Source of the DNA: Octopus sinensis
Taxonomy: Eukaryota
Direction: 5' to 3'
DNA: 64,000 nt
Assembly (NCBI RefSeq): GCF_006345805.1
Contig: NC_043015.1
Location: 18,600,001-18,664,000, forward strand
Below are positions 50,581 to 64,000 of the stretch, piece by piece. A program made the position numbers and the translations under genes. The notes below the pieces were generated by a model. The model had not been told where the DNA came from, made no database searches, and saw nothing but the letters and a program-made list of their open reading frames with translations. Position 1 is the stretch's first letter. Each line of letters begins with the position of its first letter.

Positions 50581-52874
50581 ACCATTGTTGCTGCTGTTGC
50601 TTCTTTGCTTGCCAAGGGGATGAAGGCTTCCCGTTATCCCTTTTCTGCCATATTTACGGGAAAAAAGCTATTTTGAAAACTATCTTCTTCGCTAGCTGAT
50701 ATTCAATACAAAGCGTTAACCAGACACATGCACTCAATGATTAAAAACATTTACACAGACGACTGACAACACTTGAAAATATTTTGAAATATGATAATGA
50801 AATTACTAACATTTAAAAAAAATAATGTTGAAATTGAAATAAATGACAGTTGTGAAGACCTGGGCAACAATATCAATGGCAACAATTGTTTACATACACG
50901 TTCACTAACAGGGAGCTGTGGGCGTGAGCTGGTCCGCGTTAGAGACGCAAGTTTGACGGGATTTATTGCAAGAAACTGTTTGCCTAAGAATTTCTCCAAA
51001 AGCGGGAACGGGACGTGCTTATGGTGATGTACTTATGCCTCGCAAAAAAAAAGGCAAGAGCTTTGTATGAGTCTCAAAAGATGAAATAAAACAAGTTACT
51101 ATACTGAACAACGTAAAATGTACGGTACAGTCTGCTTCCTTTTTAGGAATGAGCACAAAGCTGACACGGGTTGAAAAAGTATGATTCACATGCATTCATA
51201 CATTTATACCATAGTACATGGGTCAACGTAACACAAGGGTACTGTGATGGGCACTGCCAGTGCATTGTCATCATTGTGGTATAAAATGGACAAGTTATGA
51301 GAGTAAAGTGATGGGGAACGGCACCTGATCTCGAGAGGTCACTATGGACTTGCAAATTCTCAATACCCCACAAAACCTCAAGGTAATTTCTGTTGTGTTT
51401 CCACCCATGAGCATAAAGGTACATATGAGACTGACGGTGTGTCTAATAGAATGTGTTGAATCACAGAGCATGAAATTAATGCTATAGGGCAGAGAATCTA
51501 GCTGCTACATTTGTCGAACTAAACTCACCTCAGAGCTGAATACATGGAAGAACTGGTAAACAAAGAAAAAAATGAAACACGAAAACAATGAGAAACTGCA
51601 AAAACAGAAACTTCTTTTTTCCAGAGCACCACCAACTGTAACTCGGGGATGTCAGCTGAATTAACTCTATGCTCAGTATTAGAAACAGATGAGAAACCAT
51701 CTCCCTACCACGCCATCGTCATGTGATGACTAAGAAACAATAAATTGCAGATGAAAGCCCATAAGCAATTTGTGAAAACACGAAAAACAAAAAACAAGCA
51801 AAAAAATCACAGAAATAAAGACAGCATAAAACAGCGAAAACGAGTTAGGGTTAATAATTTCTTCTGAACGACAACAAAATCCCTTTCCAGGAAAATAACG
51901 AAGAAAATAAAGAAGTTGAAGATGAGCAAAGAGTCGCCATTCTTGGGAAATCAAACAAACAGTTAATAGGAAAATCTATGCATTTAGAGCGCCACAAACG
52001 TTTTGAAGTTAGGATGATACAAATGCAGTTAACTTCAGATTATAAACAAAATACAAAAGATAGATTGCAACGAACTTAAAATAGACTAATTTCAAGATTG
52101 TTGAGTTTTTCAACCCTAAATGTCTCAAACAATGCATATTTGGTCATTTGGTTGCACTCGTACACAATTTGAGAAATGGTAAAATAACTACAACATTACC
52201 CTGAAAGCGTTATCTCTCTCAGTGTATCCAAACAAGCACCCCCCCCCAAATATAAAAGAAGAGCAGCAACCTTAATAGTATCGTTAACACTATACTAGGA
52301 TGTACACAAAGGAACTACAACTCTGACCGAGTCCATCTGTTGCACTTCAACATATGTGGCACTTATACAGGCATTCAGAAATAGAACAGACAGTGAAATT
52401 AGTACATGTTCCGGCTAAAACACCGTGCCACATAGTATCGACCCCCTCATGCTGAAACTATGTCTGTGATTCGCATCTCGAAACTTGGCTGACCACTTGT
52501 GTGTCGTATGTTTTCCCAGTCAGAACTGATTTAGGAGAAAACAATATAAACATACTTTCAAATCACACACACACGCGCGCGCACGTACGTACATACATAG
52601 AACAATAAACAGAAAGACCCCCATTGTCTACTTATTAGTATTCCCATCTCAACGATCAGCCAAAACCAAAAGGAACCAATATTTTAAAATCTAATAACAT
52701 TACAGACTAACTAGACATGACTTACCAAAATAAAGTAGCCAACATACATCACATAATCAGAAAATAAACGTAATAATTCTTTTTTGCAATGGTTTAAGAC
52801 GAAGCACATATACCTATAAACAATAGCTTGCAAATATTGAGATAAAAAGAACATTTTGGATAGGAAAAATCGAA

Positions 52875-52942
52875 GTCTGCCTGTGGGACTCAAACCCTCA
52901 TCTCATGTAAGCATGATAGGCGCTCTACCATTGGATCAGAGC
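52875..52942 (-). pseudogene. Degenerate tRNA-like sequence (tRNA pseudogene or isolated SINE head)
   Basis: Minus strand GCTCTGATCCAATGGTAGAGCGCCTATC...GAGGGTTTGAGTCCCACAGGCAG has D-arm-like TGGTAGAGC and T-arm-like GGTTTGAGTCCC. The cloverleaf is incomplete. Confidence 0.4.
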
Positions 52943-53567
52943 AATCCTTTGAATTTCTCTATCCCTTTTAGAAATTTTATTCTTACCAGCGAGAATTGTA
53001 TGTTGACGCCATAAGAGTTTAGAAACTTCTGGAGAACATGAAACAATTATTTTGGAACGGTTTAAGTAGAAGCAAATAAAATAATAAGTAATTATTTCTG
53101 CTGAAGGCACAAAGCCTGCAATTTGGAGGAAGGGGACTAGTCAATTACATCAACCCCAGTGTTTCTCTGGTCCTTATGATTTCTGCATATTTTTTGTTGT
53201 TTTTTTATGTTTAGCTTGGTTCCTTAGCCTGTTTACGTTTTGAGACTTGTGTTAATTTCAAAATATAATGTTGACAGCAATAATATTATTGCCATTGCCA
53301 CGTTTGGATGGTAGGCAGCAATGGGATAGTGGGGAGATCATGTACAAATCAATTAATTTTTGTTGGATTTTAAACTTGTTTAACTGTTAATTCTACGTTA
53401 TTTTCATGTAGTAAACTCCAATGATACTCAACGTCGAGCGTAGGATCCACATTTTTGTCTTTTATTTTAGTGTGATATAGAATTGTGAAAATATTAATTT
53501 AACAGCAAAAACACAATGTCTATACGTTTACCCAACCAACGGTGAGGCATACATTTTTCTGGAACTT

Positions 53568-54551
53568 TATAGTGGGGCCTGGGGGAAAATAGGTGGGCAA
53601 ACACTGAATATGTAGAAAATAATTTCGGTGTGTCTTTGTTTAAGTTATTGGGGCCACTTTTTCCCATTCCGTTACCTACTTCCAATGTGTAAGAATAATG
53701 GAAATCACTATTCGTTAAAAGCATCTGCAGAGTTAAAATGTTTGAAGGCAAACTATTATTTAGGCTCTCAAACAATCTGATTGCTTCGGTATGTAAAACT
53801 CGAATAAAAATCAATTTTTTTCATGAAATAATCCGGTTAAAATTATTTTTCTTTATAAGGTAATCTGATTAAAACTAACTTTTACAAATGGTAATCCGTT
53901 TAGAAATTACTTTTCCAATTCGCTTTTAACTTTTTACATGTTAGCATACAATATATTGACGTAAATTACATAAATAATGAGCGGTATAATCGATTATTTT
54001 GACCCAAGTGATTAATGGTATTTTATTTTCTCGTCCACGGAAGGTTGAAAGACAAAGTTGACTTCGGTGGCATTTCAAGTTAGAACAGATACTGCAAGGC
54101 ACTTTGTGCAACGATAGGGATTCTGCTATTCCACAGACAAATGAAAGGCATAGTGGACATCAGGAGGTAAAGGGATGTAACTTAATAATGCAATATTTGT
54201 TCGGTACTCTACCAATTCTGCTAATCACTGCCACTATATAGTATAGAATATACAAAATATTGTAGTAAAACATTAATTACAATAATTATATGATTACGTT
54301 AGGAAATATAAGCAAATAGCCAAATTCATATAGTTGTATATAGTTGTATATAGTGGGGCCTGGGGGAAATAGGTGGGCTAACACTGGATATCTAGAAAAT
54401 AATTTCGGTGTGTCTTTGCTTACGTTATTGGGGCCATTTTCCCCCATTCCGTTACCTACTTCCAATGTGTAAGAATAATGGAAATCACTATTCGTTAAAG
54501 GCATCTGCAGAGTTAAAATGTTTGAAGGCAAACTATTATTTAGGCTCTCAA
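53568..54551 (+). repeat. Pair of ~203-bp direct repeats (53568-53771 and 54349-54551)
   Basis: Both start TATAGTGGGGCCTGGGGGAAA and end TTATTTAGGCTCTCAA, with high identity by eye. Confidence 0.93.
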
Positions 54552-55362
54552 TTTGTTGAGTAGGTTTGAATTATTTGTAACGTCTATCAAATCAGCTTAT
54601 ATTTGGATGTTCGATGAGCGATCATGGAACAATGTTATTTATGTATTTCAAAAACTGTCTAAATTCTGAGTTTGGAGTTTGCTGAGGTCGACTGGTATTC
54701 AGGATTCGAGTACCAATATCAGTAATATCCTGAGATTGTTTCGATCAGCTATACCATATTGTTTTCAAAATATCGGTACTTTTACATTTTATGAGAAAGC
54801 TTATGTGTGTATGTGTATGTGTGTTTGTGTGTGTGCTTGTGAGTGTGTGTATGTGTGTAGGTGTGTGCGTGTGTATAAGTGAATGTGTACATGTGTGTGA
54901 AGTGTGTACGTGTGTATGTGTGCAGGCGTACATCATATGCACGCAAAATTTGCCGCATGTTTCGTGCTAGAATGTGTTCATATAGGATACTTGTCTCTAT
55001 GCTTTCATTTGAAAAGATATAGATTTTTCTATCAAGTCAGCTTAATTGTAATGAGTTATTCAGTTTTAATCTCTTAGTTTCAGTTCTAGCCATACCGTCA
55101 ATTTAGGCATAGTGGTAATGATGACCAAATCGATAATATATTTAGTTATGTTTCTTTAGGTCCTGAATTCATTTTGTAATATCGATTAAATGAGTACAGG
55201 TCAAGTGTTGAATGGGTTTATGAGCTTTACACACCCAGGAAAGTGTGTGACTAAAGCAAAAGATAAAACAACGAAACCTCAGTAATTTTGTGTATCAATG
55301 TTTTGGCATAAGTGCACATATAATTGTCTGTGTGAGCATCACTGAGTAGACGTAACGGTATG

Positions 55363-55740
55363 CTTTTATTCTTTTACTTGCTTCAGTCATTTGACTGCGG
55401 CCGTGCTGGAGCACCGCCTTCAGTGGAACGAATCGACCCCAGAACTTATTCTTTGTAAGTCTAATACTTATTCCCCCGGTCTCTTAAGCAAAACAGGGAT
55501 GTAAACACACCAAATTCGGTTGGGGGACAAACCCAGAAACACAGACACACAAATACTTCATACATATATGTATGTATATACGACGGGCTTCTTTCAGTTT
55601 CCGTCTACCAAATCCATTCACAAGGCTTTGGTCGGCCCGAGGTTATAGTAAAAGACACTTACCCAAGGTGCCACACATTAGGACTGAACCCGGAACCATG
55701 TGGTTGGGAAGCAAGCTTTTTAACACATAGCCACTCCTGC

Positions 55741-55743
<3 letters not shown>
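55363..55743 (-). mobile_element. tRNA-derived SINE family 2 copy
   Basis: Collinear with 31237-31661. The head abuts (TA)n 55744-55812. Confidence 0.9.
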
Positions 55744-55808
<65 letters not shown>

Positions 55809-56159
55809 TATATGTGTGTGTGTGTGTGTATGTGTGTGTGTGTGTGTGTGTGTATACACTCCTATAGGTCGGTTCGATTCACTAATGTAATAACTGTAAA
55901 AACTCTGACGTCCTACAACCCTTTTTTTGCCTAACTAATTCCTCTATCCCTTATTTTTATATCTACTTTCTTTTCTGCAGATTCTTCATAACTATATAAA
56001 CAATGCTACCATAAACATCTTCTAAATGATTGTATTTGTCTATCTCTGTTTGTCTGTCTATCTGTTTGTCTGTCTATCTGTCTGTCTATTTCTGTCTCCG
56101 TCTGTCTGTCTATATCTGACGAAGGACTTACCTAAAAAATTATCGGATTCTTCAGTTCC

Positions 56160-57308
56160 CACGGTGGTATTCAAGAGTTCCAGGACTTGTAATTTTTATT
56201 TTAAAAAATCATTTATTTACCTAAGTTTTAGCATCAGCTCCTTCGAAATAGTCACCTTGCACAGCAATACACCAGTCCCAGCGTTCCTGCCACTTTTGGA
56301 ATCCGATCTGAAAGTCGTTTTCCGTAATCAAGTCGAGGACCTTCTGCGATTCGCTCTGGTTCTCGACAACGGTGTTAAAACGGCGACCTTTGAGCTGCAT
56401 TTTCATCTTGGGGAAGAGATGGAAGTCAGCAGGTACTAAATCTGGTGAATAGGACGGATGCAGAAGCAATATCATATTGTTTGTGACGAGCAACTCACGA
56501 GTGAGGAGAACTCGATGACAGGAAGCATTGTTGTGAAATATCCAATTCTTCGCGCTCCACACATCCGGTCGCTTTCGCCGAATGTCCTCCCTCAAAGGCT
56601 TCAAAACGTCGCAGTAGAACCCTCGATTGATGGTCTGGCCCCGGGGAACGAATTCTCGATGCACAATAGGGTGTTGGACTCATGGTCGTAAGATTATGGT
56701 TTTGATTCCTGGACAGGGCGACATTTCTTAAGCAAAACACTTCATTTCACGTTGCTCCAGTCCACTCAGCTTTCAAAAATGAGTAATCCTGCGACGGACA
56801 AGCGTCCTATCCAAGTGGAGGATTTATACGCCATGGAACCCAGGAAACCGGTCCTCATAAGTCGGCACGACTCAAGAAGGTAACTTTACCTTTTTTTACA
56901 TTTCCGGGGGTGACGCTCCTGGCATATCTTCCAGATCGCTCATTGTCTTCCAGGGACGTTATTCCTCTTTTGAAGCACAGGTGTGCCACTGAAAACATTG
57001 TGTACGACCCATTGTCTCGTCGCCGCAAGCTGACCGAATCTTGCTCAATATCTCTGGAGCAAACCTCTCAAGTTTAACGCAAAATTTCACGTTGGCTCTT
57101 TGTTCCTGTTCATGAGAAAATAGCAGAGTACAGCATACACATGATCACAAAAACACAAATTTCACCATTTGCGAAGTAAATACTGCGATGACACTCGGAA
57201 CACTGCCTCATGAAGGTCATTGCTAGTTCTCACTGCGCACACAATCGTGTGCTGCCGTCAGTTGGTGCGCTACACAATAGTCAGGGAATGTTTTGATACC
57301 ATCTCGTA
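56160..57308 (-). mobile_element. Mariner transposon remnant with both ends, internal deletion and SINE insertion
   Basis: ORF 56221-56664 HREFVPRGQTIN..HPSYSPDLVPADFHLFPKMK..KGRRF..WQERW; N-terminal EQRANVKFCVKL at about 57070-57110. Similar ends CACGGTGGTATTCAAGAGTTCCAGGACT and (minus) TACGAGATGGTATCAAAACATTCCCTGACT. Confidence 0.9.
56665..56895 (+). mobile_element. tRNA-derived SINE family 4 inside the mariner
   Basis: TAGGGTGTTGGACTCATGGTCGTAAGATTATGGTTTTGATTCCTGG...TTTCACGTTGCTCCAGTCCACTCAGCT; homologous to the head at 11910-11983. Confidence 0.75.
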
Positions 57309-57383
57309 TAGTTATCCAAACTTGCGAAGCATAATGGTAAAAATATACTTCAAAGTTATCGTATACATTAAATCTTAAGCATG

Positions 57384-57665
57384 CAATTTTCAATCATACT
57401 ACGAATAAAGTTCAGAAAGACATGAATGTCACAACCTTTTTATTGCAATCCCATATTGTGTCCACTCCTACCACAGTCAGGTAGTAATCCTAATTTATTT
57501 CTTTCTACTCAGCACATCAACTCTTTGAAAGTTTTGCTTTGCCCATATTTTTCTTTCAGCTCTGTTTTTCCTTCAGTAGGAGTGGATACAATATGGGATT
57601 GCAAAAAGAGAAGGTTGTGGCATTCATGTCTTTCTGAACTTCATTCGTAGTATGATTGAAAATTG
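57384..57665. mobile_element. Fold-back/MITE with ~88-bp near-perfect terminal inverted repeats
   Basis: 57384-57471 pairs with 57576-57665 (CAATTTTCAATCATACTACGAAT.AAGTTCAGAAAGACATGAATG.CACAACCTT...TTGCAATCCCATATTGT.TCCACTCCTAC). Spacer 104 bp. Confidence 0.88.
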
Positions 57666-58330
57666 GTATGAAATTAGTGGATGATTTGGACTATGTTTAT
57701 CAAATAGATAGAAAATACGGTGAAGAAACGTTTCGGAAACTGAAAATAAAGTGTAAAACAAGAGAGTGTATTGCGTGCTGGAAGATAATAATTTATCAAT
57801 ATGTGCATCGTCATCCATCTCAACCCTCGAAACCAAAAGTCTATGAAGCAAAAGTGAAATTAAAATCATCAGCTACTAATTCACTAACTCCTGAATTATT
57901 GTTAATTGCAAATGTTTCATCAAATTTAGATAAGAACGCTTTATCCCCGATTCCACCTTTAACTCATTTGTTTCGCATCAGAAGCTGGGGGTAAAAGAAG
58001 AACCAAGAACCTCCTATACCAACCAAAAGTGGGTTTAAAATTCGGGAAGAATATAAATTTTCATGAAACTGGTGAGTAATTTTTATTATACGATAGTGGT
58101 GAATATGATGCTGAAATGGGGTTAGATGACCTTGAGAATAAATGGGGTTAGTTGACCATGAGAATAAGGAGGATTGGGCTTGCGACAGTACTTTCAAATT
58201 CAGCCCAGATATTTTGCTTATATAATACTCTTTATCATTGCCCAAACGGTGACATTGTCTTATATCGAATTTTTCTATGGCAAATTTTCTCAGGGCAAGA
58301 ATAATTACGGCGAATTTTCCGGACACAAAT
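57666..58330 (+). mobile_element. Mutator-like (MULE) transposase remnant
   Basis: HETGE*FLLYDSG (58062-58100) and DWACDSTFKFSPD (58172-58210) fit the MULE motifs GE.FLLYDSG and W..DGTFK..P around the first catalytic Asp. Stops and frameshifts present. Confidence 0.7.
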
Positions 58331-58663
58331 AATAGAAATAATTTCGTTGAAGTATGTTTCGTTTGATTCCATTATTGTACTCAAACTTACCCTTAACTTT
58401 CAAAAGTAAGAAATTTATCCTGTGTTTCATGATTTCAATCACGATGAACCAACGATTTAGTGGATTGCTTACTATAATTTATTTATCACGTCTATGTGTA
58501 GCACTTCAGGAATGCAATTATCCTTTAACAAGTGCCATCTTGTAGACTACACTAATATCTGTTGTTAACAGAGAACATCGAAATGAACACGTAGCAAAGG
58601 TGTGCAACTCTCACACTAAACCAAACCGAAGGATACCTCCACAGCATTCTTTGGTTTGAAAAG

Positions 58664-58694
<31 letters not shown>

Positions 58695-59054
58695 TCACAC
58701 AAGTATGCTCTTGTGACTGAATATGTGACGAAGATGAAGTTTATGAATGTAATACACTTTTGCATATATGTAAATAAATTAACATAACATGCCTATTAAT
58801 TTAGTCACAACATTACCCACATTATTGATTTAATACTGGAATTTATTTTATCAATAATCATTCGATGAAAGATATAGAACAATGAAATAGCGATTCCATG
58901 CTCCAAATCCTCCTTCACTGCTCTGAACGTCATGAATATTAATAAATGAAATATATGAACATTAATAAAATGGAAATGTGCAAAAGAACAAAAAAGTATA
59001 TGAAAAGTGAGAGCGATATCTACTTGATAACAAGTAAAAGGAAAGAAAATAATA

Positions 59055-59700
59055 GTTCCTGATTTAGGCACAAAGACAGTAATTTTATGGAGAGGATTAG
59101 TTGATTGTATCGATTCCAGTACCTGACTGGAACTCTATTTTACCAATTCCAGAGGAATAATAGGCAAAATTAACTTTAGCGTGATGAAATTTCGGAATGT
59201 AAAGAGTTGGAACTAAGGCATTTTATACAATGATCTAAGGATTTTGCTGAATCCACGCACCTTCTAATAATAACAAATGTTTCTAATTGAGGAACGTTTC
59301 CAGCGATCTTCTAGGGAGGGATGAGTTGAATCATCGACCACAGTACTTGAACATTACTTTTGTGTATCAATACCTAAAGGATTTGAAATTAGAACATAAA
59401 GAGCAAGAACAAATTCCACATGGCATTTTGTATGATATTCCATTGACTCTATCAATCCATCGCCCATAGCAACAACATCAACAACAATAGTAATGATTTC
59501 AAATTTTGGCACAAGGCCAGGAATTTTGGGGCAAGTGGTAAGTTGATTACATCGACCCAAGTACTCAACTGGTACGTATTTTATCGAACCCGAAAGGATG
59601 AAAAGCAAAGTCGACCTCAGCAGCATTTGAACTCAGAACGTAAAGATGGACGAAATGCCGCTAAACATTTTTCCGGCATACTAACGATTCTGCAAGCTTA
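59055..59700 (-). mobile_element. Two SINE family 1 copies (one degenerate at about 59055-59275, one at about 59495-59700)
   Basis: GGATGAAAAGCAAAGTCGACCTC...GAACTCAGAACG...CTAACGATTCTGC in reverse orientation. Confidence 0.8.
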
Positions 59701-59771
59701 TATAATAATAATAATAATACCAACAACAACAACAACAACAATAATAATAATAACAATAATAAAAATAATAA

Positions 59772-60245
59772 TGATCTTAACTGATTGGAAGTGTTATCAT
59801 GTACATTGTTTTGTCTTGCTATAAAAGATGGGCTACAGCAAAAATTGTGCTCAATACCACAGATTTGTTTGTCAGTTATTTGACCTTAACCAGTTGAATA
59901 AGTTCTTTGATGGATGACGGTATGTGCATCTCTGATCACGCGCAGTAGGGGAGTATCATAGCCATGTTTGAGAGGAATTCTTTGAATTTTGAATAATTCA
60001 CCTCTGGAAACATGGTGTTTCGTTCAACATCCTTAAACAACCATTATTCAACGACCATTTGAGCGCGATGGACCTGAAGAAAATTTTAACTGGTCCCCAC
60101 TTGCAAAGTCATAGCTTATTTATCTTGATATGAGATCACCATGTCGCGGACATACGGGGTTGTGAAGTATGTACCTGGTTTTCTAATGAAGTCAAAGCTA
60201 AGTGTTTTAATCCCATCGTTGCAGTATCGGCACTCGGGGTCGACT
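59772..60245 (+). mobile_element. Diverged copy of the ~556-bp element, fused to a Dong RT
   Basis: GATCTTAACTGATTGGAAGTGTTATCATGTAC ... GATATGAGATCACCATGTCGCG collinear with 43504-43910, then degenerate to about 60245. Confidence 0.8.
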
Positions 60246-62900
60246 GAAATTGACCATGCATTCTTTTCTTTACACACCTATTTTCAGTTTCATTCATTTT
60301 CAATTTCTTGTATAGTGCTTTATCTTTGCAATCTTTCATCCTACACATGCTTGACCTTCCTGCTTCTAATAATAGCGGTTCTATTTTATTTTTTACATAC
60401 CATGATATGTTGTTTTCTTTGTGTTCTAATGCAGTGTTCACATCCAATAAGTCCTCTTCCACCTCTTTTTCTTGGTACATACAGTCTGTCTGTGTCACAT
60501 TTTTGGTGGAGTGACCCATATCTAGTAAGCAACTTCCTTGTCTAAGCTGTTTAGTTCGTCTACTGTCCATGCGATTACCCCTGCTCCATATCTAAGGAGT
60601 GAACCCGCCCAGGTGTTGATAGCTTCGATCTGTTTCCGTCTGTTCAATTTCGACTTAAGGATCAGTCTCAGTCTGCGCAAGTACTCTACTTTAAATTTTT
60701 CTGTCATTTCTTCCTCCATCAATTTATCCATTTTCCAAATCCCCAAGTACTTATAGCCCGTCAGTTCTATCTGTTTCATAACCTCCCCCGACGGTATCGT
60801 TAACCCGTCCATACATTTGATTTTGCCTCTCTTCAAGACAAACACACCACACTTTCTCAGTCCGAACTCCATTCTGATATCAGCACCGAAGGATACACCG
60901 TATCAATGAGGGAACTGACTTGGGCTTCATCTTTACCATAAAGTTTGAGGTCATCCATGAATAACAAATGGTCGACTTTTTGCTGGTGGCTTTTGAATAC
61001 ATACCGAGCTTTTGCTTTCCTCGGAATCAGTGTTAGTGGTATCAAGCACTGTACAAAGATCAGTGGGGACAGGCCTTGGAAGATGCCCATCCTAATTTCT
61101 ACTGTCCTTAAACTTCTTCCGTATGCTGTCAGGTTCGTCCTTCAATTCACCATACTTTTTCCAAGCAATCGCTCAACATTCGACGCAATATCAAATAGGT
61201 TCATACACTCCATAATCCAAGAGTGTGGAATCATATAGTACGCCTTACGATAGTCGATACATGACATAGCTAAGTTACTTTTCCTCCTTTTGCAGTCTCT
61301 AAGTACAGTTTTGTCTATGAGGAGTTGATCCTTGGTACCTCTGCACTTACGTTTGCAACCCTTCTGCTCATGTGGTAGGACTCCAGATGTTCGAACATTG
61401 ACTCTGTGAGTATTCTAGTCAATAATTTCCACATAAGTGGCAAACAGGATATCGGCCCGTAATTGTCTACCGTATTGCCTTTTTCGATGTTTTTCAGGCA
61501 CAGCACTGTCCTCCCCAATGTCAACCACTCTGGTGTTACTTGGTCGGCATTTAACAAGGTGTTGAGTTGCGCAGCTATTCATGCATGGCATTCACCAAAT
61601 CTTTTGATCCAGTAGCCTTGAACTCTATCTGGTCCCGGGGCCTTCCATTTCCTCAATTTTTTACTAATTTCCTTCACTTCCCTAACTGAAATGACTAGTC
61701 CTGCCTGTTTTGGACAGACTGCTATTTGTTTCAGTTCTTTCAACCATTCAGCATCCTTCTTGTTCTCCTTGACTTTACTCCAGATGTCACTCCAAAACCT
61801 TTGACTTTCAATGTTATCTGGTATCAACTTTTCATCTGTACACTCTCCATTTATTTCTTTATAGAATCTCTTCTGATCTACTCTGAATAACCTATTCTGG
61901 TGGTAACTCTTCATTCTTTGGTCGTATCTTGCCATCTTTGCTTTCTTTGCAATGAGGTGCTGTTTCAGCTCCTCCACTACAACTTTTAGGCCCCTTCTTT
62001 CAATTTTATACTTCCTTTTCAGTGCCCTGTATTTCTGTTCGCTTTTTAACTCCCTTTTCTCTTTTCGGTCTAACAGAGATTTCTTTCGAGAGCATGTCTA
62101 ACCCTGCCTGGATTCTTCTTTTCCACCATGGATCTCTTCTTTTCTCACTCCCATTATGTTTCTTTTTCTTGACACCAACACCCACGTTTTCTGCTGCAAC
62201 AATACTTGCTGCCTTGGTCAAATTATTTGTTTTTGTGATGTTGTTTGTTCTGATGTACTTCAGAATTCCATTGATATTTTTCGTTTCTGATTCAATTTCC
62301 ATCGATCAACCTTTTTAAGGTTGCAAATAATGTCGCTATCATTCTCCTGTAGTCTTGCCTTTATTGTCATAGATTGCCTTTTGTTCATCTGTCATGTCAT
62401 CATTAGTTTTATTTTTAGTTTTATTGTTTGTTATATCATCTATATGTGTCTCATCAAGTAAACTACCACTGCTCCTTTCCTGTGCTGTGGGCTGACTCTT
62501 ATTCGTAAGAACTGTATTTTCATTGTTATCTCTGCTGCTCTCCGTCTTCTGATAGCTTCGAGCTCTACTTCTATGAACCAACACTTTTTCCTTATTGTTC
62601 TAGCTTGATCATAATCTCTGTTCCATGAGTTGAAACAATCCCTTTTCTCTCCAATGATCATACATACGTTGTCGGTAACCCCTAATTTGAGCACCATTTT
62701 CATCTACCGGGTTGCTCAGGCAGTAACAGTCCATGACCACAGCATTAATTTGCTTGCTCCATCTACGCCATGTGTGGTGGTCCCTTTCCCGATATCGACA
62801 GGCTGGAGCTGGAACAGAATCTCTGAACCTACAGAGTGTAACGCTGTCACCATCACCATCACTAATATCACTGATATTATTATTTTTATGTGTAGTCGCA
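60246..62900 (-). mobile_element. R4/Dong element, N-terminus through RT, degenerate, C-terminus missing
   Basis: LSNPVDENGAQIRGYRQR-like N-terminus, [79 protein letters not shown]. Confidence 0.92.
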
Positions 62901-63051
62901 GCAGTGTTTGCAGCAACAGCAACAGTAACGTGGGTGGGTTAGTGGTAAGGGTGGTAGTTGGGCCTCAGATTCCAGTGCTATCATAATAGTAGAAGTTGTA
63001 GTGTTAATGTAGTGTTAGTAGTATTAAGTATTATCATCAGCTGCAGCAGTA

Positions 63052-63052
<1 letters not shown>

Positions 63053-63127
<75 letters not shown>

Positions 63128-63128
63128 T
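63053..63128. repeat. (TTA)n microsatellite
   Basis: Visible run. Confidence 0.97.
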
Positions 63129-63184
63129 TTATCATTATCACCATCGCCACTACCACCACCATTGTTTTTGGGAAAAGTTGGGTA

Positions 63185-64000
63185 GCATTTTGTTAAGAGG
63201 TCATATTCTACAGGTCTATAAATAGATTCGGCAGATGGTGGGGAGGTCAGCCATAGAGACAAAAGACTCTTCGCACCCTTTAGGTTAGGAGAGGTCAAAC
63301 GATACTGGGAGCGCTGCTTTGAAAAGAAGCAATTCAGCTTGTTCTATTTGAAATTACTGGTAGGAAAACAACAACAACAACAACAACAATAGATATTAAG
63401 GCAGAAGTGAGGTGTATTAGAGATGACATCGAGTACGTAACGAGGGGCAAACAAAACGGCACCATTTTGATGCTGTTTAAATCAGAAGCCCTCACTATGA
63501 AACATTCAGTGACCCCTTGCAAAACTAGCAAAGTCATTATATGCCCCTCCCTCATGGGGAAACGTACAGTACGTGTCTGCATTCCTAGGACTCCATCAGG
63601 ACTTGATATTTGGTGGCTTCCGGGATGCGTAATCGTGGAGGGGACGGATACTGTTCCGATAGAGGTGACAAAGACTGCCAGGGAAGACTGGTCCGGGACT
63701 GACCGGGAGATACTTTTGTAGATCAGACCCGAAAAAAAAAAAAAATCCCGGACCACATCCATCACCAAATGACTGAGAGCAAAAGACCACATTACCCTCC
63801 ACCGCCGCACCAATCATCCACATCATATAATTCGGTCGAATCCGAAATCCCAATTTTTGAGGATAAAACAGATTTCTACTGACATAGGGGATTACTGGAA
63901 AGCTGCAAATGTTTTTATACGCCATTATGTCAAATGCGGTTACAGTGAGTCACGATTAAAGGAAATAGCAAATGAGATAGCTAAGATTACCAAAGAAAGT
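63185..64000 (+). mobile_element. Probable ORF1 remnant of a Tx1/L1-like element
   Basis: ORF 63407-63721 IEYVTRGKQNGTILMLF...VIICPSLMGKRTVRVCI..WWL parallels the ORF1-like remnant upstream of the APE domain at 29400-29640. Confidence 0.5.

Noticed and set aside
50751-52130. Possible degenerate LINE or other coding remnants
   Set aside because: Some coding-like composition, but no diagnostic motif I could name.

Overview
AT-rich, microsatellite-dense animal DNA made almost entirely of transposable-element debris. The SINE families and the mix of Dong/R4, Penelope-like and Tx1/L1-like elements suggest an octopus (cephalopod) genome; this is an inference from repeat types, not a database result. 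I found no confidently supported host gene, rRNA, intact tRNA or CRISPR array. Content: many R4/Dong-clade non-LTR fragments (RT plus restriction-like endonuclease), several stacked in same-strand arrays inside (AAT)n tracts; two Penelope-like RT fragments plus a short Penelope-type end with a minimal hammerhead-ribozyme fold; Tx1/L1-like remnants; a Tc1 element with both TIRs, interrupted by a SINE and a composite Helitron; two mariner remnants; a Mutator-like transposase remnant; non-autonomous Helitrons; three fold-back/MITE-like elements; and at least four SINE families. I did not find a clearly new gene system. Best leads: (1) an apparent ~8.6 kb inversion (39828-48513) that splits two Dong elements and carries a 111-bp inverted duplication at its breakpoints; (2) a ~556-bp non-coding element found three times in AAT tracts, with no SINE or DNA-transposon hallmarks; (3) hammerhead-like motifs at Penelope-type ends; (4) a composite Helitron that apparently carried foreign DNA into a Tc1; (5) a short templated inverted insertion flanked by 16-bp direct repeats. 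All alignments and counts were done by eye. Boundaries are approximate unless junction sequences are quoted.
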